Source: a virus. From it: a DNA stretch of 64,000 nt. The position numbers and the translations under genes are program-made. The DNA lies in the IMG/VR virus record IMGVR_UViG_3300025646_005470; one strand, 5' to 3'. This document shows positions 27,408-37,889 of the stretch, in pieces (position 1 is the first letter of the stretch; every line of letters starts with the position of its first letter). The notes below the pieces were generated by a model. That model was not told the origin of the DNA. It searched no databases and saw only the letters and a program-made list of their open reading frames with translations.

Positions 27408-28232
27408 TTATTGCTTTTCGATTTCAACATATTTTTCATAAATTTTTAAATTAGGAATAATATCTAGATGTTCACAAACACGTAAATATTCATCTTTATT
27501 ACTAATTAAATTTTCAATATCTAGACAATAAATATTTTTATTTTTTAAATCTTTAAACTTACTGTTCCAATTTTCTAATAATGTTATAAAACTATTTCTA
27601 TAATGAATACGTATTGAATCTCTATTAATATTTTTGTTCCACTGTTGTTCATGATGAACTCTTTCTAAAATATTATTTTTGTATCTATTATAACTCTTTG
27701 TATCTAAAATTTCTTTCCTAAAAACAATTTTATCAGTCTCATTTTTTAATGTATACTCTTCCATGCAATTTTCAAATGCAAGTATAAGTGTATTAACCAT
27801 TTTATCAATATAATTCATATTACTATTAACTAAAAGAACTTTAGACTCTTTAAACAAATTATTGTAATCAACATAATGTTGATGACCTTTCATTAACAAC
27901 TTTTTATCTTTAAATTTTTTATAAAATCTATCATTCCATTCTTGTTGCCATTGTTTCATATACTCAGTATCTTGATCATAAAACAACCAAAAAGGATCAT
28001 GTTGATAAAGATTAATTCTTTCTCCTTCGACCACAACACTTGTATAATCTACTTTTGTTTGATCTCTATGCCATTTACTAATTTTATAAAAAGGATTTGT
28101 AATTGTACTTTCTGTTGGATACTCGTTAAATACATTTTTTGATTTTAAAAATAATTCCCATAAAAAATGACCTTTGTGTCCAAATGGAAACCCAATATAT
28201 ATTACATTATCTGAATTAAAAAAATTCTTCAT
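27408..28232 (-). CDS. Very AT-rich hypothetical protein (possibly sulfotransferase-like fold)
   Basis: N-terminal FPFGHKGHFL loop, C-terminal YLRVCEHLDI. Confidence 0.45.
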   Translation of the reverse strand: MKNFFNSDNVIYIGFPFGHKGHFLWELFLKSKNVFNEYPTESTITNPFYKISKWHRDQTKVDYTSVVVEGERINLYQHDPFWLFYDQDTEYMKQWQQEWNDRFYKKFKDKKLLMKGHQHYVDYNNLFKESKVLLVNSNMNYIDKMVNTLILAFENCMEEYTLKNETDKIVFRKEILDTKSYNRYKNNILERVHHEQQWNKNINRDSIRIHYRNSFITLLENWNSKFKDLKNKNIYCLDIENLISNKDEYLRVCEHLDIIPNLKIYEKYVEIEKQ

Positions 28233-28809
28233 ACTTTTTAATATTATCTATTACCTGTTCTTTAAACAATTTACAACCTTTGGCTACATTTTCTGCCCAA
28301 TTATCCGGAGCATCACTATCTGCAGAATCAGAAATGTATTTGTAACATAAAAATTTAACTTTGTATTTTTTACAAATTTTTGCTATTGCATAGGCTTCCA
28401 TGTCTACAATATCACATTCTATTTTTGGTTTAGAGATAGCAAATGTATCTCCTGTTCCGCACACTACTTTTGATGTTCCTAACATAATGTCTTTTTCAAA
28501 AGGTGTTTGACCTAATTTAAAACCTTGTGGTGTTGCATCCATGTCACGATCAACAAAACCTGTTACTTGTACTAATCCACTAATTTCTTTTTTTAATGTG
28601 CCTGCTGTGCCGTAGTTAACAATTAACTTTGGTTTATAATCTTTGATAATTTGTTCTGTAGTAGAGGCGGCATTAATTTTGCCTACACCTGTAAAGAATA
28701 TTTCTGTATTATAGAGACCTTCTACTTCTTGTGGTAAAGCACACAATATTTTTATATTATTCATTTTATGTAAATTTTTTAATTGTTTGTAACAATCCGT
28801 AACCAGCAA
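28216..28809 (-). CDS. mtnN: MTA/SAH nucleosidase (PNP/UDP superfamily)
   Basis: TGVGKINAA, NYGTAG, GTGDTF, VDMEAYAIA, KYISDSAD; real start likely MNNIK. Confidence 0.88.
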   Translation of the reverse strand: MLVTDCYKQLKNLHKMNNIKILCALPQEVEGLYNTEIFFTGVGKINAASTTEQIIKDYKPKLIVNYGTAGTLKKEISGLVQVTGFVDRDMDATPQGFKLGQTPFEKDIMLGTSKVVCGTGDTFAISKPKIECDIVDMEAYAIAKICKKYKVKFLCYKYISDSADSDAPDNWAENVAKGCKLFKEQVIDNIKKYEEFF

Positions 28810-29665
28810 TGCCTGCCGTAATTAAATGTCTCATACAAGGATCACTCATTAATCCATCTAACAATCCTGCTATAGCGGCATTGGTAATTCTTGCAATTGC
28901 TCCTGCTAGATTTGCCAAGTCTGCTAGTATCATTTGTGCAAGTTGAACTATATATCCAATTATACCTGCAATTAAATTTAAAAGTCCTATTGCTTGTCCG
29001 ATAAAAGCAAGTATTTGATTTAGTATTCCGGCACCTTTTGACAATGCACCAAAAATATCATCTATAAATGCACAAGGTCCTGTGCCCACTGCGGCCGCGG
29101 CTCCTAATGATGTATTAAGTGCATTTATACCTTGTCCTATTGATAACATCTGTCCAATTGGTCTTGGCAAATGACCTGTAGGTAAAGTAAAACTTGGTCC
29201 GCCACTTACACCTAAAAACGAAAAAGGATTTGATTGTCCATAGTCTGTTTGATCAACACCACTTTGTATATTAGTATGTCTATTAAAATCATTTAATATT
29301 CCATCAACTTTTTGCAAATCTAAAACTTCAGCATCTGTCATTGGACGACCAAGTTCTGTTACTGTTGCTCTTGTTGATAAATTTGGATCATCCCAACCAG
29401 AGGGCAAACTGTTTATGCCATTCCAACCAACACCATTTCCATCATATAATCCTGATCTAATTTGCGATATTGTTTGAGTATGTGGATTTTGAAATGCTGG
29501 CATTGTCTTAATATCGTTACCCCATAAATCTTTAGCATCAGTAACATCAAATAATCCATTTTGTAAACTTTCTTTTGCAATTGGTCCAAGGCTTTGACTA
29601 ATTGCTGTGCCTTCAAAATCTTTAAACAGTCCTTGGTCTTCACCTGGTAATATTGTTTGTGTCAT
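28766..29665 (-). CDS. Hypothetical protein next to PAAR (possible baseplate-associated)
   Basis: 299 aa, hydrophobic Ala/Gly/Leu C-terminus. Confidence 0.5.
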   Translation of the reverse strand: MTQTILPGEDQGLFKDFEGTAISQSLGPIAKESLQNGLFDVTDAKDLWGNDIKTMPAFQNPHTQTISQIRSGLYDGNGVGWNGINSLPSGWDDPNLSTRATVTELGRPMTDAEVLDLQKVDGILNDFNRHTNIQSGVDQTDYGQSNPFSFLGVSGGPSFTLPTGHLPRPIGQMLSIGQGINALNTSLGAAAAVGTGPCAFIDDIFGALSKGAGILNQILAFIGQAIGLLNLIAGIIGYIVQLAQMILADLANLAGAIARITNAAIAGLLDGLMSDPCMRHLITAGIAGYGLLQTIKKFT

Positions 29666-29674
29666 TTTTTATTC

Positions 29675-29965
29675 CTAACCATTTGCAATCACATTTGGTG
29701 ATCCTGCATTAACTTTTATCCCACAACCATAAGAATCACCAATTCTTCCAATTGGTTGATTATTTGCATACACATTTGGAGATCCTGATGCCAATGCTGT
29801 TGAATGTGGTACACACAATATAAATCCATGCGGTGTATTTGAGTCACCTACTCTGTGTACAGCAATATTATTTGCTAAAACATTTGGTGACCCGGTTGCA
29901 CACGATCCCGGGGAACATGGTGCATGATTTGTGTCTGCATCTCCAACTCTTGCTACTTGTGGCAT
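29675..29965 (-). CDS. PAAR domain spike-tip protein (gp5.4-like)
   Basis: VARVGD, GSPNV..N...HRVGD, GRIGD repeats with His/Cys. Confidence 0.88.
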   Translation of the reverse strand: MPQVARVGDADTNHAPCSPGSCATGSPNVLANNIAVHRVGDSNTPHGFILCVPHSTALASGSPNVYANNQPIGRIGDSYGCGIKVNAGSPNVIANG

Positions 29966-29992
29966 TTGTTTCTCCTATTATAATAGTATTTA

Positions 29993-30301
29993 TTATACAA
30001 CTATAGAAGGTGTACTAGGTGTAACAAGTTTAGATGTACTTTGTGTGTATGCATCTTTGGCCTGTTTATTGGCTAAAACTGCGGTGATCACTGTGCTTTT
30101 TAAAAACTCAAAAGTTGCTTCAGGATCAGCCATAATCATATATGCTGTCATTCCAACACCTTGTTGAGTCATTGCAAGTGCTAGTGGTTTTGATACTTTG
30201 TAAGATGTATCGGTTTCTTCAACTAATTTTGCAATTACTTCATCACTACCAACAGTACGAAATACCACAATGTCATCTTTGTTTAGTTTTTGTTTTAACA
30301 T
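29993..30301 (-). CDS. Small conserved phage protein (Sm-like fold possible)
   Basis: DIVVFRTVGSDEVIAKLVEE...VSKPL. Confidence 0.6.
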   Translation of the reverse strand: MLKQKLNKDDIVVFRTVGSDEVIAKLVEETDTSYKVSKPLALAMTQQGVGMTAYMIMADPEATFEFLKSTVITAVLANKQAKDAYTQSTSKLVTPSTPSIVV

Positions 30302-30342
30302 GTTTTACTTTCTACTTTCAAAATATGGAATAAAAACATCAT
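30241..30342. repeat. Direct repeat A, copy 1 (copy 2 at 31248..31349)
   Basis: 102 nt aligned by eye, 6 mismatches, offset 1007 nt. Confidence 0.9.
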
Positions 30343-31198
30343 TAACAAGCATTCTCCAGTATTTGCTGTCTAAATGCATTCCATCTGCTAGAAACCCTGT
30401 TTCTAAATTTGGTTTATAGTTTTTAACAACATAATCATTTAATGTTTTATTATTAATTATTTCATTAACACATTTAACATTATAATGTCTAAATAGATTT
30501 ATGTCAAACTCAAAATCAGTTTTACTATTAGAATTGATATTAATATTAGGTTGAAAATTATAATTAAACCATGCATAATTAATTTTATTGTATTCTAAAT
30601 AATTAGATATCATAATCACTTGAGAAAAAATAAAATCAATATAATATTCTTTATTTAGATATACATTTAATGATGTTAGACTTTTTATTGACTTTGAGCT
30701 AAGACCTTTCATTTTTACTATATCTAAATTTTTAAATTTTTCAAAATTCATCGGGTCTAATCCTGTATCGCCTGGACCATAACTATATAAATATTTTTCA
30801 AGTTGTTTTTTATTATCTAAGTGCCAATAATTATTAGTAAATGCATCTTTATGTTTGTATAAAGTTGTATCAAGTGCTACCTCAAATCTACCATAACATG
30901 GAATTTCTAAAAGTAACATATCTGGATTTATATTCTTAACTATCTCTATTACTCTTAATGAGTATGTGTTTATTCCATACCCTCCTAACCCTTTATTAAA
31001 ATAATTTTGATATCCTAACTTGTCTGAAAGTACATTTGACCAAGTTTTTTCTTTAGCACAATCAATGTAGTAATCAAGTTTGTTTATTCTTTGATTACTA
31101 TATTCGTTAATACAAAAATTATCTTCTTTGTTAAGTGAATTTGAATTTGCAAAATTTTCATGAACGTTGCTTGTTCCAATTGCCACAAAGTTTTTCAT
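30305..31198 (-). CDS. Hypothetical protein, SGNH-like; paralog of 31312..32118
   Basis: FVAIGTS, NKGLGGYGI, ADGMHL. Confidence 0.6.
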   Translation of the reverse strand: MKNFVAIGTSNVHENFANSNSLNKEDNFCINEYSNQRINKLDYYIDCAKEKTWSNVLSDKLGYQNYFNKGLGGYGINTYSLRVIEIVKNINPDMLLLEIPCYGRFEVALDTTLYKHKDAFTNNYWHLDNKKQLEKYLYSYGPGDTGLDPMNFEKFKNLDIVKMKGLSSKSIKSLTSLNVYLNKEYYIDFIFSQVIMISNYLEYNKINYAWFNYNFQPNININSNSKTDFEFDINLFRHYNVKCVNEIINNKTLNDYVVKNYKPNLETGFLADGMHLDSKYWRMLVNDVFIPYFESRK

Positions 31199-31200
31199 AA

Positions 31201-31308
31201 TTAATAATTAAAGTTCAAAATCTTCAAAAGTTTTATCATCAACATCTCGTCACTGCCCACAGTACGAAATACTACAACGTCATCTTTGTTTAGTTTTTGT
31301 TTTAACAT
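31201..31308 (-). pseudogene. Chimeric remnant: 5' fragment of the 29993..30301 gene fused to the nrdB 3' end
   Basis: MLKQKLNKDDVVVFRTVGSDE followed by 43 nt identical to 32118..32160. Confidence 0.85.
31205..31247. repeat. Direct repeat B, copy 1 (copy 2 at 32118..32160, nrdB 3' end)
   Basis: 43 nt identical: taattaaagttcaaaatcttcaaaagttttatcatcaacatct. Confidence 0.9.
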
Positions 31309-31311
31309 GTT

Positions 31312-32118
31312 TTACTTTCTACTTTCAAAATATGGAATAAAAACGTCATCAACTATTTGTTTCCAGTGCTTACTATTTAAATGTACGCTGTCTGCATAAT
31401 AATCTTTATCATCAAAATTTTTGTTTATATAATCATATATGCTTTTATATCCTATTTGTTTATTCACATAGTTTATATTATACTTACTTATAATTGATTT
31501 GTCAACTTCACAATTAAAATTAAAAAAGGCATGATCAATCTTTTGATTGTCTAGGTATCCGGATATTATTAAACACATGCTAATTATTTGATCTTCATAG
31601 TACAATTTATTTCTATAAACATTTAATCTTGTTGATTGTTGTAAAATTGATGCAGGAATTTTAGTTGATAGATTTTGAAATTTTTCTAAGTTAGAAGGAT
31701 TAATATCAGTGTCACCGTTATTTATTTTATACAAATATGTAGAAGGTTTATATTTCCCGTTTCCTACATATCCAAGTTCGTTAGGTTCTAACCAGTGCTC
31801 GTCAAGTAATATATCCCCAGAACAATATTCATCATGGTGAATTGCAACTTCGTATCTGTCATATGACGGTATTTCTATCAATACAAAGTCTGGAGATAAA
31901 TCAGTTACTACAGAAACAAATCTAGCAGGATACGTTTCTATTCCATAAGATCCTATTGCACGATTATAATAGTTTTGGTAGTCTAGTTTTTTAGAAAGGT
32001 ACTCTGACCATCTTTGTTCATTTTTCCAATCAACATAATAAGCAGAATAGTCATTACTACCTTGATGAGTATGCATTTCTTGAGTATGACTTGTTCCAAT
32101 TGCCACAAAATTTTTCAT
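31312..32118 (-). CDS. Hypothetical protein, SGNH-like; paralog of 30305..31198
   Basis: FVAIGTS, NRAIGSYGI, ADSVHL; identical ends MKNFVAIGTS / DVFIPYFESRK. Confidence 0.6.
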   Translation of the reverse strand: MKNFVAIGTSHTQEMHTHQGSNDYSAYYVDWKNEQRWSEYLSKKLDYQNYYNRAIGSYGIETYPARFVSVVTDLSPDFVLIEIPSYDRYEVAIHHDEYCSGDILLDEHWLEPNELGYVGNGKYKPSTYLYKINNGDTDINPSNLEKFQNLSTKIPASILQQSTRLNVYRNKLYYEDQIISMCLIISGYLDNQKIDHAFFNFNCEVDKSIISKYNINYVNKQIGYKSIYDYINKNFDDKDYYADSVHLNSKHWKQIVDDVFIPYFESRK

Positions 32119-32120
32119 AA

Positions 32121-33221
32121 TTAAAGTTCAAAATCTTCAAAAGTTTTATCATCAACATCTTGTTTTAACCCGCCAATAATATAACTTTCAACTTCTGTTT
32201 CTTGTGGAGCAACCTGCATACCAGCACTTGATAACCAATTTGCTGTCCACGGTAAAGGATTAGCATTTGCTGGCTGATCATAAATTGGATCATAGCCAAT
32301 TGCTTTTAATCTTTTGTTTGCAATCCATTCTACATAATTGCCTAGTAATTTTTCATTTAATCCAATGATTGATCCATCTTTGAATAAATGCTGTGCCCAT
32401 GCTTTTTCTTCTTCTACACATTTTTTAAACATGTTAATTACTGTATTATCTAAACCTTTAATTGCTTTGGTCATCCCAGCATCATCACCTTTGTGCCAGT
32501 TTTTGATAACCTGTGTTGACAAGTTTAAGTGTGTTGCTTCATCACGTGCAATAAGTGAAATGATCTTTGCTGATCCTTCCATTAACTTTAATTCGCCAAA
32601 AGCAAACGTACAAGCAAATGAAACATAAAATCTTAGTCCTTCTAAAATATTTACGTTAATCATTGCAAGATACAATTGACGTTTAACATCAAGTATATCG
32701 CCTTCGCCTTTAACAAAATAATCTTCTGCCATTTTAGAAAACGTATCATAATTTTCTGTAACTGATACTGCTCTCTTTAATATTTCTTCATCATTTAAAA
32801 TTGTGTCAAATACTTCAGTTGGGTCAGCATACACATTTTTCATAATGTGTGTATATGAACGTGAGTGAATTGTTTCAAAGAAATCCCAAGTAACAATACA
32901 ACCTTCTAGTTCTGGATTTGATACATACGGTAAAAAAGCCAAACTAGGACCTCTACCTTGAACTGAATCAAGCAGTGTTTGATATTTCAAATTTGATGTA
33001 AAAATATGTTTTTGTTCAGGACGAAAATTTTGATAATCAGCACGATCTTTTTGTAGACTTACTTCTTCTGGTCTCCAAAAATAACCAAGCATGGTTTGGT
33101 TAAGTTTATCCAATGCAGGATATTTAAAAACATCATATCTCTGCACACTCTGATCTTCTCCAAAGAACATTGGCTCTTTTGTAAAATCAACTTCATTTCT
33201 ATTAAATACTGTTTTTGCCAT
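32121..33221 (-). CDS. nrdB: Ribonucleotide reductase class Ia beta subunit
   Basis: FWRPEEV, LDSVQGR, ETIHSRSY, LEGLRFYVSF, RDEATH, VAPQETE. Confidence 0.97.
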   Translation of the reverse strand: MAKTVFNRNEVDFTKEPMFFGEDQSVQRYDVFKYPALDKLNQTMLGYFWRPEEVSLQKDRADYQNFRPEQKHIFTSNLKYQTLLDSVQGRGPSLAFLPYVSNPELEGCIVTWDFFETIHSRSYTHIMKNVYADPTEVFDTILNDEEILKRAVSVTENYDTFSKMAEDYFVKGEGDILDVKRQLYLAMINVNILEGLRFYVSFACTFAFGELKLMEGSAKIISLIARDEATHLNLSTQVIKNWHKGDDAGMTKAIKGLDNTVINMFKKCVEEEKAWAQHLFKDGSIIGLNEKLLGNYVEWIANKRLKAIGYDPIYDQPANANPLPWTANWLSSAGMQVAPQETEVESYIIGGLKQDVDDKTFEDFEL

Positions 33222-33262
33222 AGTTATATTATATATTCTTTCTTACGTGTGTCAATATTTAT

Positions 33263-35605
33263 TTAAATTGTACAAGAATCACACGCTTCATCTTCTTGAT
33301 GTGCTTGATGTTCTTCTGCACTAGCAATTGCTTCATCTAGTGTGCTTACGTTTTCTTGATCTGTTATGTTTGGTTCTTCACCTTTAAAGTCATAGGTGTT
33401 TTGATAGTAACTTGTTTTCCAACCAAGTTTATATGTTGTTAAAAAGTCTTTGGTTAACACACTCATAGGAACTTCATTGTTTTCAAATTTTGTTGGATTG
33501 TATGACCAGTTACCTGAAATTGCTTGATCAAAGTATTTTTGCATTGCCGCAACAATATTAATATATCCTTCGTTGCTTGGCATATCCCATAATAGTGTGT
33601 AGTATTTTTTGTATGTTTCATACTGTGGAACTATTTGTTTTAGTGGACCTTTTTTACTTTTCTTAATACTCAAATATGCTCTTGGTGGCTCAATACCGTT
33701 AGTTGCATTGCCAACCACACTTGATGATTCACTTGGCATTTGTGCTGACAGAGTTGAATGTCTTAGTCCATGTTCAACAATGTCTTTTCTCAATGCTTCC
33801 CAATCCATGGTTAACTTTGCAGATACAATAGTATCAACATCTCTTTTGTAAGTGTCAATTGGTAATAAACCTTTTGAATATTTTGTTTTCTTAAAGTAAT
33901 CACACGCACCTTTTTCTTTGGCAATTTCATTTGATGCTTTTAACAGATAATACTGGAACGCTTCTGTTAGTTCGTTGACCATTTGCCATGCTTCTTTGTC
34001 ACTGTACATCACTTTGTTTTTAGCCAAATAGTGTGCAAGACCAATATAACCAATACCTAGAGATCTTCTTGCTTTGGTTGAAATTTCTGCCGCTTTAACT
34101 GGATATTTTTGATAGTCAATAATTTGTTCTAATCCACGCACAGCAAGATCACACAGTGATTCTAACTCTTTGGTATCTTTAAGTGTGCCAACATTGATAG
34201 CACTTAAAATACACAGTGCAATTTCACCTTTGCCATCAATGTGCTGTAGTGGATCAGTTGGTAGTGTAATTTCTTGACATAAATTACTCATACGCACAGG
34301 ATCAATAAATGAGCTGTGATCATTTGCGTGGTCAACATTCATAATGTAAATACGACCTGTTTCTGCACGTTCTTTTAGTATGTCTCCAATTAGTGTGCGA
34401 GCCTGAATAGTTTTTTTTGGTATTTTTTTGTCTTGTTCATATTTTTTATATAGTGCATCAAATTTTGGTGTACCAAATGCTTCATACAAGCCAGGTACTT
34501 CATGTGGTGAAAACAGTGTAATGTCTCCACCTTTGATAAATCTTTCATAGAATATTTTTGACATTTGAATTGAATAGTCTAGTTTTCTAACTCTATTATC
34601 TTCTGTGCCTTTGTTGTTTTTTAATACAATAATATCTTCAATCTCTTGGTGCCAAATTGGGAAGTGAACTGTTGCACTACCACCACGCACACCATTTTGT
34701 GTACAACATCTCACAGTTGCTTCAAACTTTTTTAGAAACGGGACAACACCAGTGTGGGCTACTTCGCCTCCTCTGATACGTGAGTTGATTCCACGTATTC
34801 TACCTGCGTTGATTCCAATACCAGCTCTTTGAGCAATGTATCTGCCTATGGCCATGTCACTTGCAAAAATACTATCTAGTGTGTCATCTACATCAACAAG
34901 CACACACGAAGCAAACTGTCTTAGTGGTGTACGCACACCTGCCATAACAGGTGTAGGAATATTAATTTTAAATTTTGAAACTGCATCATAATATCTTTTG
35001 ATGTATCCCATTCTTGTTTCTTTTGGATAGTTAGCAAACAGTGTAGCCGCAATCAGCATGTACATATATTGAGGTGTTTCAAATACTTTACCTGTGCTTC
35101 TGTCTTGTACAAGATATTTGTCAACCACTTGTCTTAGACCTGCATAGGTAAAATCATAATCTCTATCATGTTTAATATATGAATCTAGTGTTTTAAATTC
35201 TTCATCTGTGTACTGTTTCATGATTGCTGAATCATATAAACCTTTTTCAACATTTCTACCAACTAAAAATTGTAGTGGTACTTGATATTGGTGATCAATG
35301 TGTTTACCAAAAACTTCTTTTCTAATTGTAAACAATAATAGACGTGCCGCAACATATTGGTAGTTAGGATTTTCTAGTGTTATTAAATCGTTTGCTGATT
35401 TGATTAAAATTTCTTGAATTTGTTGTGTGGTCATTCCATTTGAAAACTGTAGACCAGAATTCATTTCTACCAATGATGAAGATACTCCTGACAGGCCATC
35501 ACATGCGGCTTCTGTCATTTTGTGTACTTTGTTGATATCTAAAGGTTCCTGTTGTCCGTCTCTTTTTATAATGAAAATGTCTGTTTGATTTTTTACTGCG
35601 TTCAT
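33263..35605 (-). CDS. nrdA: Ribonucleotide reductase class Ia alpha subunit with ATP cone
   Basis: IKRDG ATP cone, QFASCVL, SNLCQEI, MPSESSS, KTSYY, C-terminal CDSC. Confidence 0.97.
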   Translation of the reverse strand: MNAVKNQTDIFIIKRDGQQEPLDINKVHKMTEAACDGLSGVSSSLVEMNSGLQFSNGMTTQQIQEILIKSANDLITLENPNYQYVAARLLLFTIRKEVFGKHIDHQYQVPLQFLVGRNVEKGLYDSAIMKQYTDEEFKTLDSYIKHDRDYDFTYAGLRQVVDKYLVQDRSTGKVFETPQYMYMLIAATLFANYPKETRMGYIKRYYDAVSKFKINIPTPVMAGVRTPLRQFASCVLVDVDDTLDSIFASDMAIGRYIAQRAGIGINAGRIRGINSRIRGGEVAHTGVVPFLKKFEATVRCCTQNGVRGGSATVHFPIWHQEIEDIIVLKNNKGTEDNRVRKLDYSIQMSKIFYERFIKGGDITLFSPHEVPGLYEAFGTPKFDALYKKYEQDKKIPKKTIQARTLIGDILKERAETGRIYIMNVDHANDHSSFIDPVRMSNLCQEITLPTDPLQHIDGKGEIALCILSAINVGTLKDTKELESLCDLAVRGLEQIIDYQKYPVKAAEISTKARRSLGIGYIGLAHYLAKNKVMYSDKEAWQMVNELTEAFQYYLLKASNEIAKEKGACDYFKKTKYSKGLLPIDTYKRDVDTIVSAKLTMDWEALRKDIVEHGLRHSTLSAQMPSESSSVVGNATNGIEPPRAYLSIKKSKKGPLKQIVPQYETYKKYYTLLWDMPSNEGYINIVAAMQKYFDQAISGNWSYNPTKFENNEVPMSVLTKDFLTTYKLGWKTSYYQNTYDFKGEEPNITDQENVSTLDEAIASAEEHQAHQEDEACDSCTI

Positions 35606-35731
35606 TTTTTACTTAATTTTAATACCTTGTTGTGTTTTTATTCAGCACAATAATTAATTATACTATCATACAATTGATAAAAGCAATAGTTAAATCCAAA
35701 ATAACAGAAAAAATCTGTTAACAACCTACGG

Positions 35732-37003
35732 TTAGGCTTGTAACCAACGTTCTATCTTGTATGACAAATTGGCATCAGAAGCATTAGCATTTTGATAATT
35801 TAATTGCAATTTAGAACTGCTAACGGCCGCTGAAAAAGTTACATCAGATGTACTTGCAGTTTCAACATGTGTGTCGTTAATTACTGTTGTTGTTCCATCT
35901 GTTGTAATATGAATTGTTCCTGTTCTAAAGTTAGAACCTAACTTTAAACTGTAATCAATTTTATAAACATTTGATTCTGTTATTGAGTATTCAAATACTA
36001 AAGTATCTACTAGTGTAGTATTAGTTAATGTTTTTGTTTGCATACTACCAATATATTGATTAGTCTGATAACGTGGATAACTTGCTTCAGTAAATATTTC
36101 AATGTTACTTGCTACTCTTGAAACACTGCCTCTTTTTTTGTTTATAAATCTTGAAATGTTATATGCTTGTTGTGGAGTATCTAAATCAATTTTTAAATTT
36201 GAATCTATTTCAACATCTCTTACAGGTGTATGTATTGCAGAATTTTCTCCTAAAAAACTATAAGTGCTAGGCTCACCAATTGTATTAATACAATCATTTA
36301 CGTTTGCTGTTAATAAATCTGTTTTTTCAGACGCTGTTACAAATTGTACAAAACCTGTTCCTGTTGTTACATCAACAAATACTTGATTAGTTGACAAATT
36401 TCCTTCTTGCCATTTATCATATGAAGCAATAGAATTATCACTTGCTTCCCAACTAGCACGAGTTCTAATATGCTCTGTAATTTGTGCTTTGGTCCATTTT
36501 GATACTATAAGTGATGATCCAACTTCTGGAACATTTGCTCCTGTGAAATTAATGTAAGTTGTTGTTCCACTAAATGCTAACGTGTATTCTGAAGCATCAT
36601 ATGTTGTTGGAATACCGTTTACGTATTTTGTAACTACTAAATCGGATTCTTCTAATCCACCTGATATCTTTGGATGACCTGTTGGTAGCCCGTATTGTGA
36701 TGTATTAAAAGCAAGTGCAATATTTGCCCCTGGACTTAGAACTTCTGTACCTGTAATATTAAAATTTAAAATACCATTATTTGTAGTAGATGATGTTAAA
36801 TTTCCTAAGTCATCTGATATTGTTGATTGTGCATCTAAAAAAGGTGTTACTTGTACATCTGTGTTTAATAAATCTTGATTTCCAGCACCAATATATACTT
36901 CACGTGTGTCTAATGCTAGACCTATTTCGCCATCAGCCAACGGCTGTGGAAGATCTGCTTTATTACCACGTCTATTTTTAATTCTAGTATATGTTGTTGC
37001 CAC
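35732..37003 (-). CDS. Virion structural protein (tail fibre/baseplate type, Mtd_N-like N-terminus)
   Basis: RIKNRRG...LADGEIGLALDTREVYIG; Thr/Ser-rich beta content. Confidence 0.6.
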   Translation of the reverse strand: MATTYTRIKNRRGNKADLPQPLADGEIGLALDTREVYIGAGNQDLLNTDVQVTPFLDAQSTISDDLGNLTSSTTNNGILNFNITGTEVLSPGANIALAFNTSQYGLPTGHPKISGGLEESDLVVTKYVNGIPTTYDASEYTLAFSGTTTYINFTGANVPEVGSSLIVSKWTKAQITEHIRTRASWEASDNSIASYDKWQEGNLSTNQVFVDVTTGTGFVQFVTASEKTDLLTANVNDCINTIGEPSTYSFLGENSAIHTPVRDVEIDSNLKIDLDTPQQAYNISRFINKKRGSVSRVASNIEIFTEASYPRYQTNQYIGSMQTKTLTNTTLVDTLVFEYSITESNVYKIDYSLKLGSNFRTGTIHITTDGTTTVINDTHVETASTSDVTFSAAVSSSKLQLNYQNANASDANLSYKIERWLQA

Positions 37004-37024
37004 TTGATTTACTCCAATATACTA

Positions 37025-37732
37025 CTATTTATTCATTTTGTAGTAAGTTTCAACTCTATCTAACCACTTATTTGTAAATGATTTAAATTCTTCACCTTCT
37101 ACAACAAATTGCTGGTATTGATTGTCATGTGTAACCATAAAAATCACACTTTTTTGTATGTTTGTACCATATACTTCGTTATGAGCTAGTGCATAAGCAG
37201 ATGCCTGCATAAAATAGTCTTCAATCCATTCTTTTTTCTTAAACTTGCGTGATGTTTTAAAGTCACCTATACTAGGCACTCCTTCATGCACACAAATTAA
37301 ATCTGCTGTTCCGCCGTACAATCCTGGAAATGCTAGATGTGTTTCTATACCCCAAACTTCATCAACGTTTTTAAGCCCATGCTCAATCACAGTTTCACTT
37401 AGATTCTTTGCTTGTACATATACTTGATTTGTACCGCTGGGTCTTTCTATACCTTCAATATAACATTCTAAATGTTTGTGCATGATTGTACCTAGATTTG
37501 CTGATTCAGTTACAATACGTTGTGCTTCAGAGGCGCCTACTCGTTTTTTCCACTCATTAAGAGCTGTCATATCTTTGGTTTTAGAAAGTATAGAGGTTAC
37601 TGACGGCACCGGATCGCCGTCAGCATTTACATAATATCGTTGCCCATCAACATTTTTTCTTTTGAATTGTTGATATTGGAATTTTTCTACTAATAAAGAT
37701 TTATTGTCTACTTTTTGGTTTTCTTCCAACAT
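37025..37732 (-). CDS. PD-(D/E)XK exonuclease
   Basis: PSVTSILS, GTIMH, GTADL, IGDFKTS, QASAYA. Confidence 0.85.
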   Translation of the reverse strand: MLEENQKVDNKSLLVEKFQYQQFKRKNVDGQRYYVNADGDPVPSVTSILSKTKDMTALNEWKKRVGASEAQRIVTESANLGTIMHKHLECYIEGIERPSGTNQVYVQAKNLSETVIEHGLKNVDEVWGIETHLAFPGLYGGTADLICVHEGVPSIGDFKTSRKFKKKEWIEDYFMQASAYALAHNEVYGTNIQKSVIFMVTHDNQYQQFVVEGEEFKSFTNKWLDRVETYYKMNK

Positions 37733-37889
37733 AATTTTTAATCACATTCTTCTTTTTTGCAGTTGCTTTTATTTTAGCAACTTTTTTTGTAGAAGAAGCC
37801 TTTTTTACTGTTGGAGATTCATTAGGTGTTTTTTCTTTTGGTTTATCCAAATAAAACAATCCCAATAACCAATTTACTGCGTTTGTCAT
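37701..37889 (-). CDS. Small basic hypothetical protein
   Basis: Lys-rich 62 aa with SD and upstream sigma70-like promoter. Confidence 0.5.
   Translation of the reverse strand: MTNAVNWLLGLFYLDKPKEKTPNESPTVKKASSTKKVAKIKATAKKKNVIKNYVGRKPKSRQ

Noticed and set aside
30241-32160. CRISPR array or IS element
   Set aside because: The repeats are two-copy gene fragments, with no regular repeat-spacer period, transposase or terminal inverted repeats.
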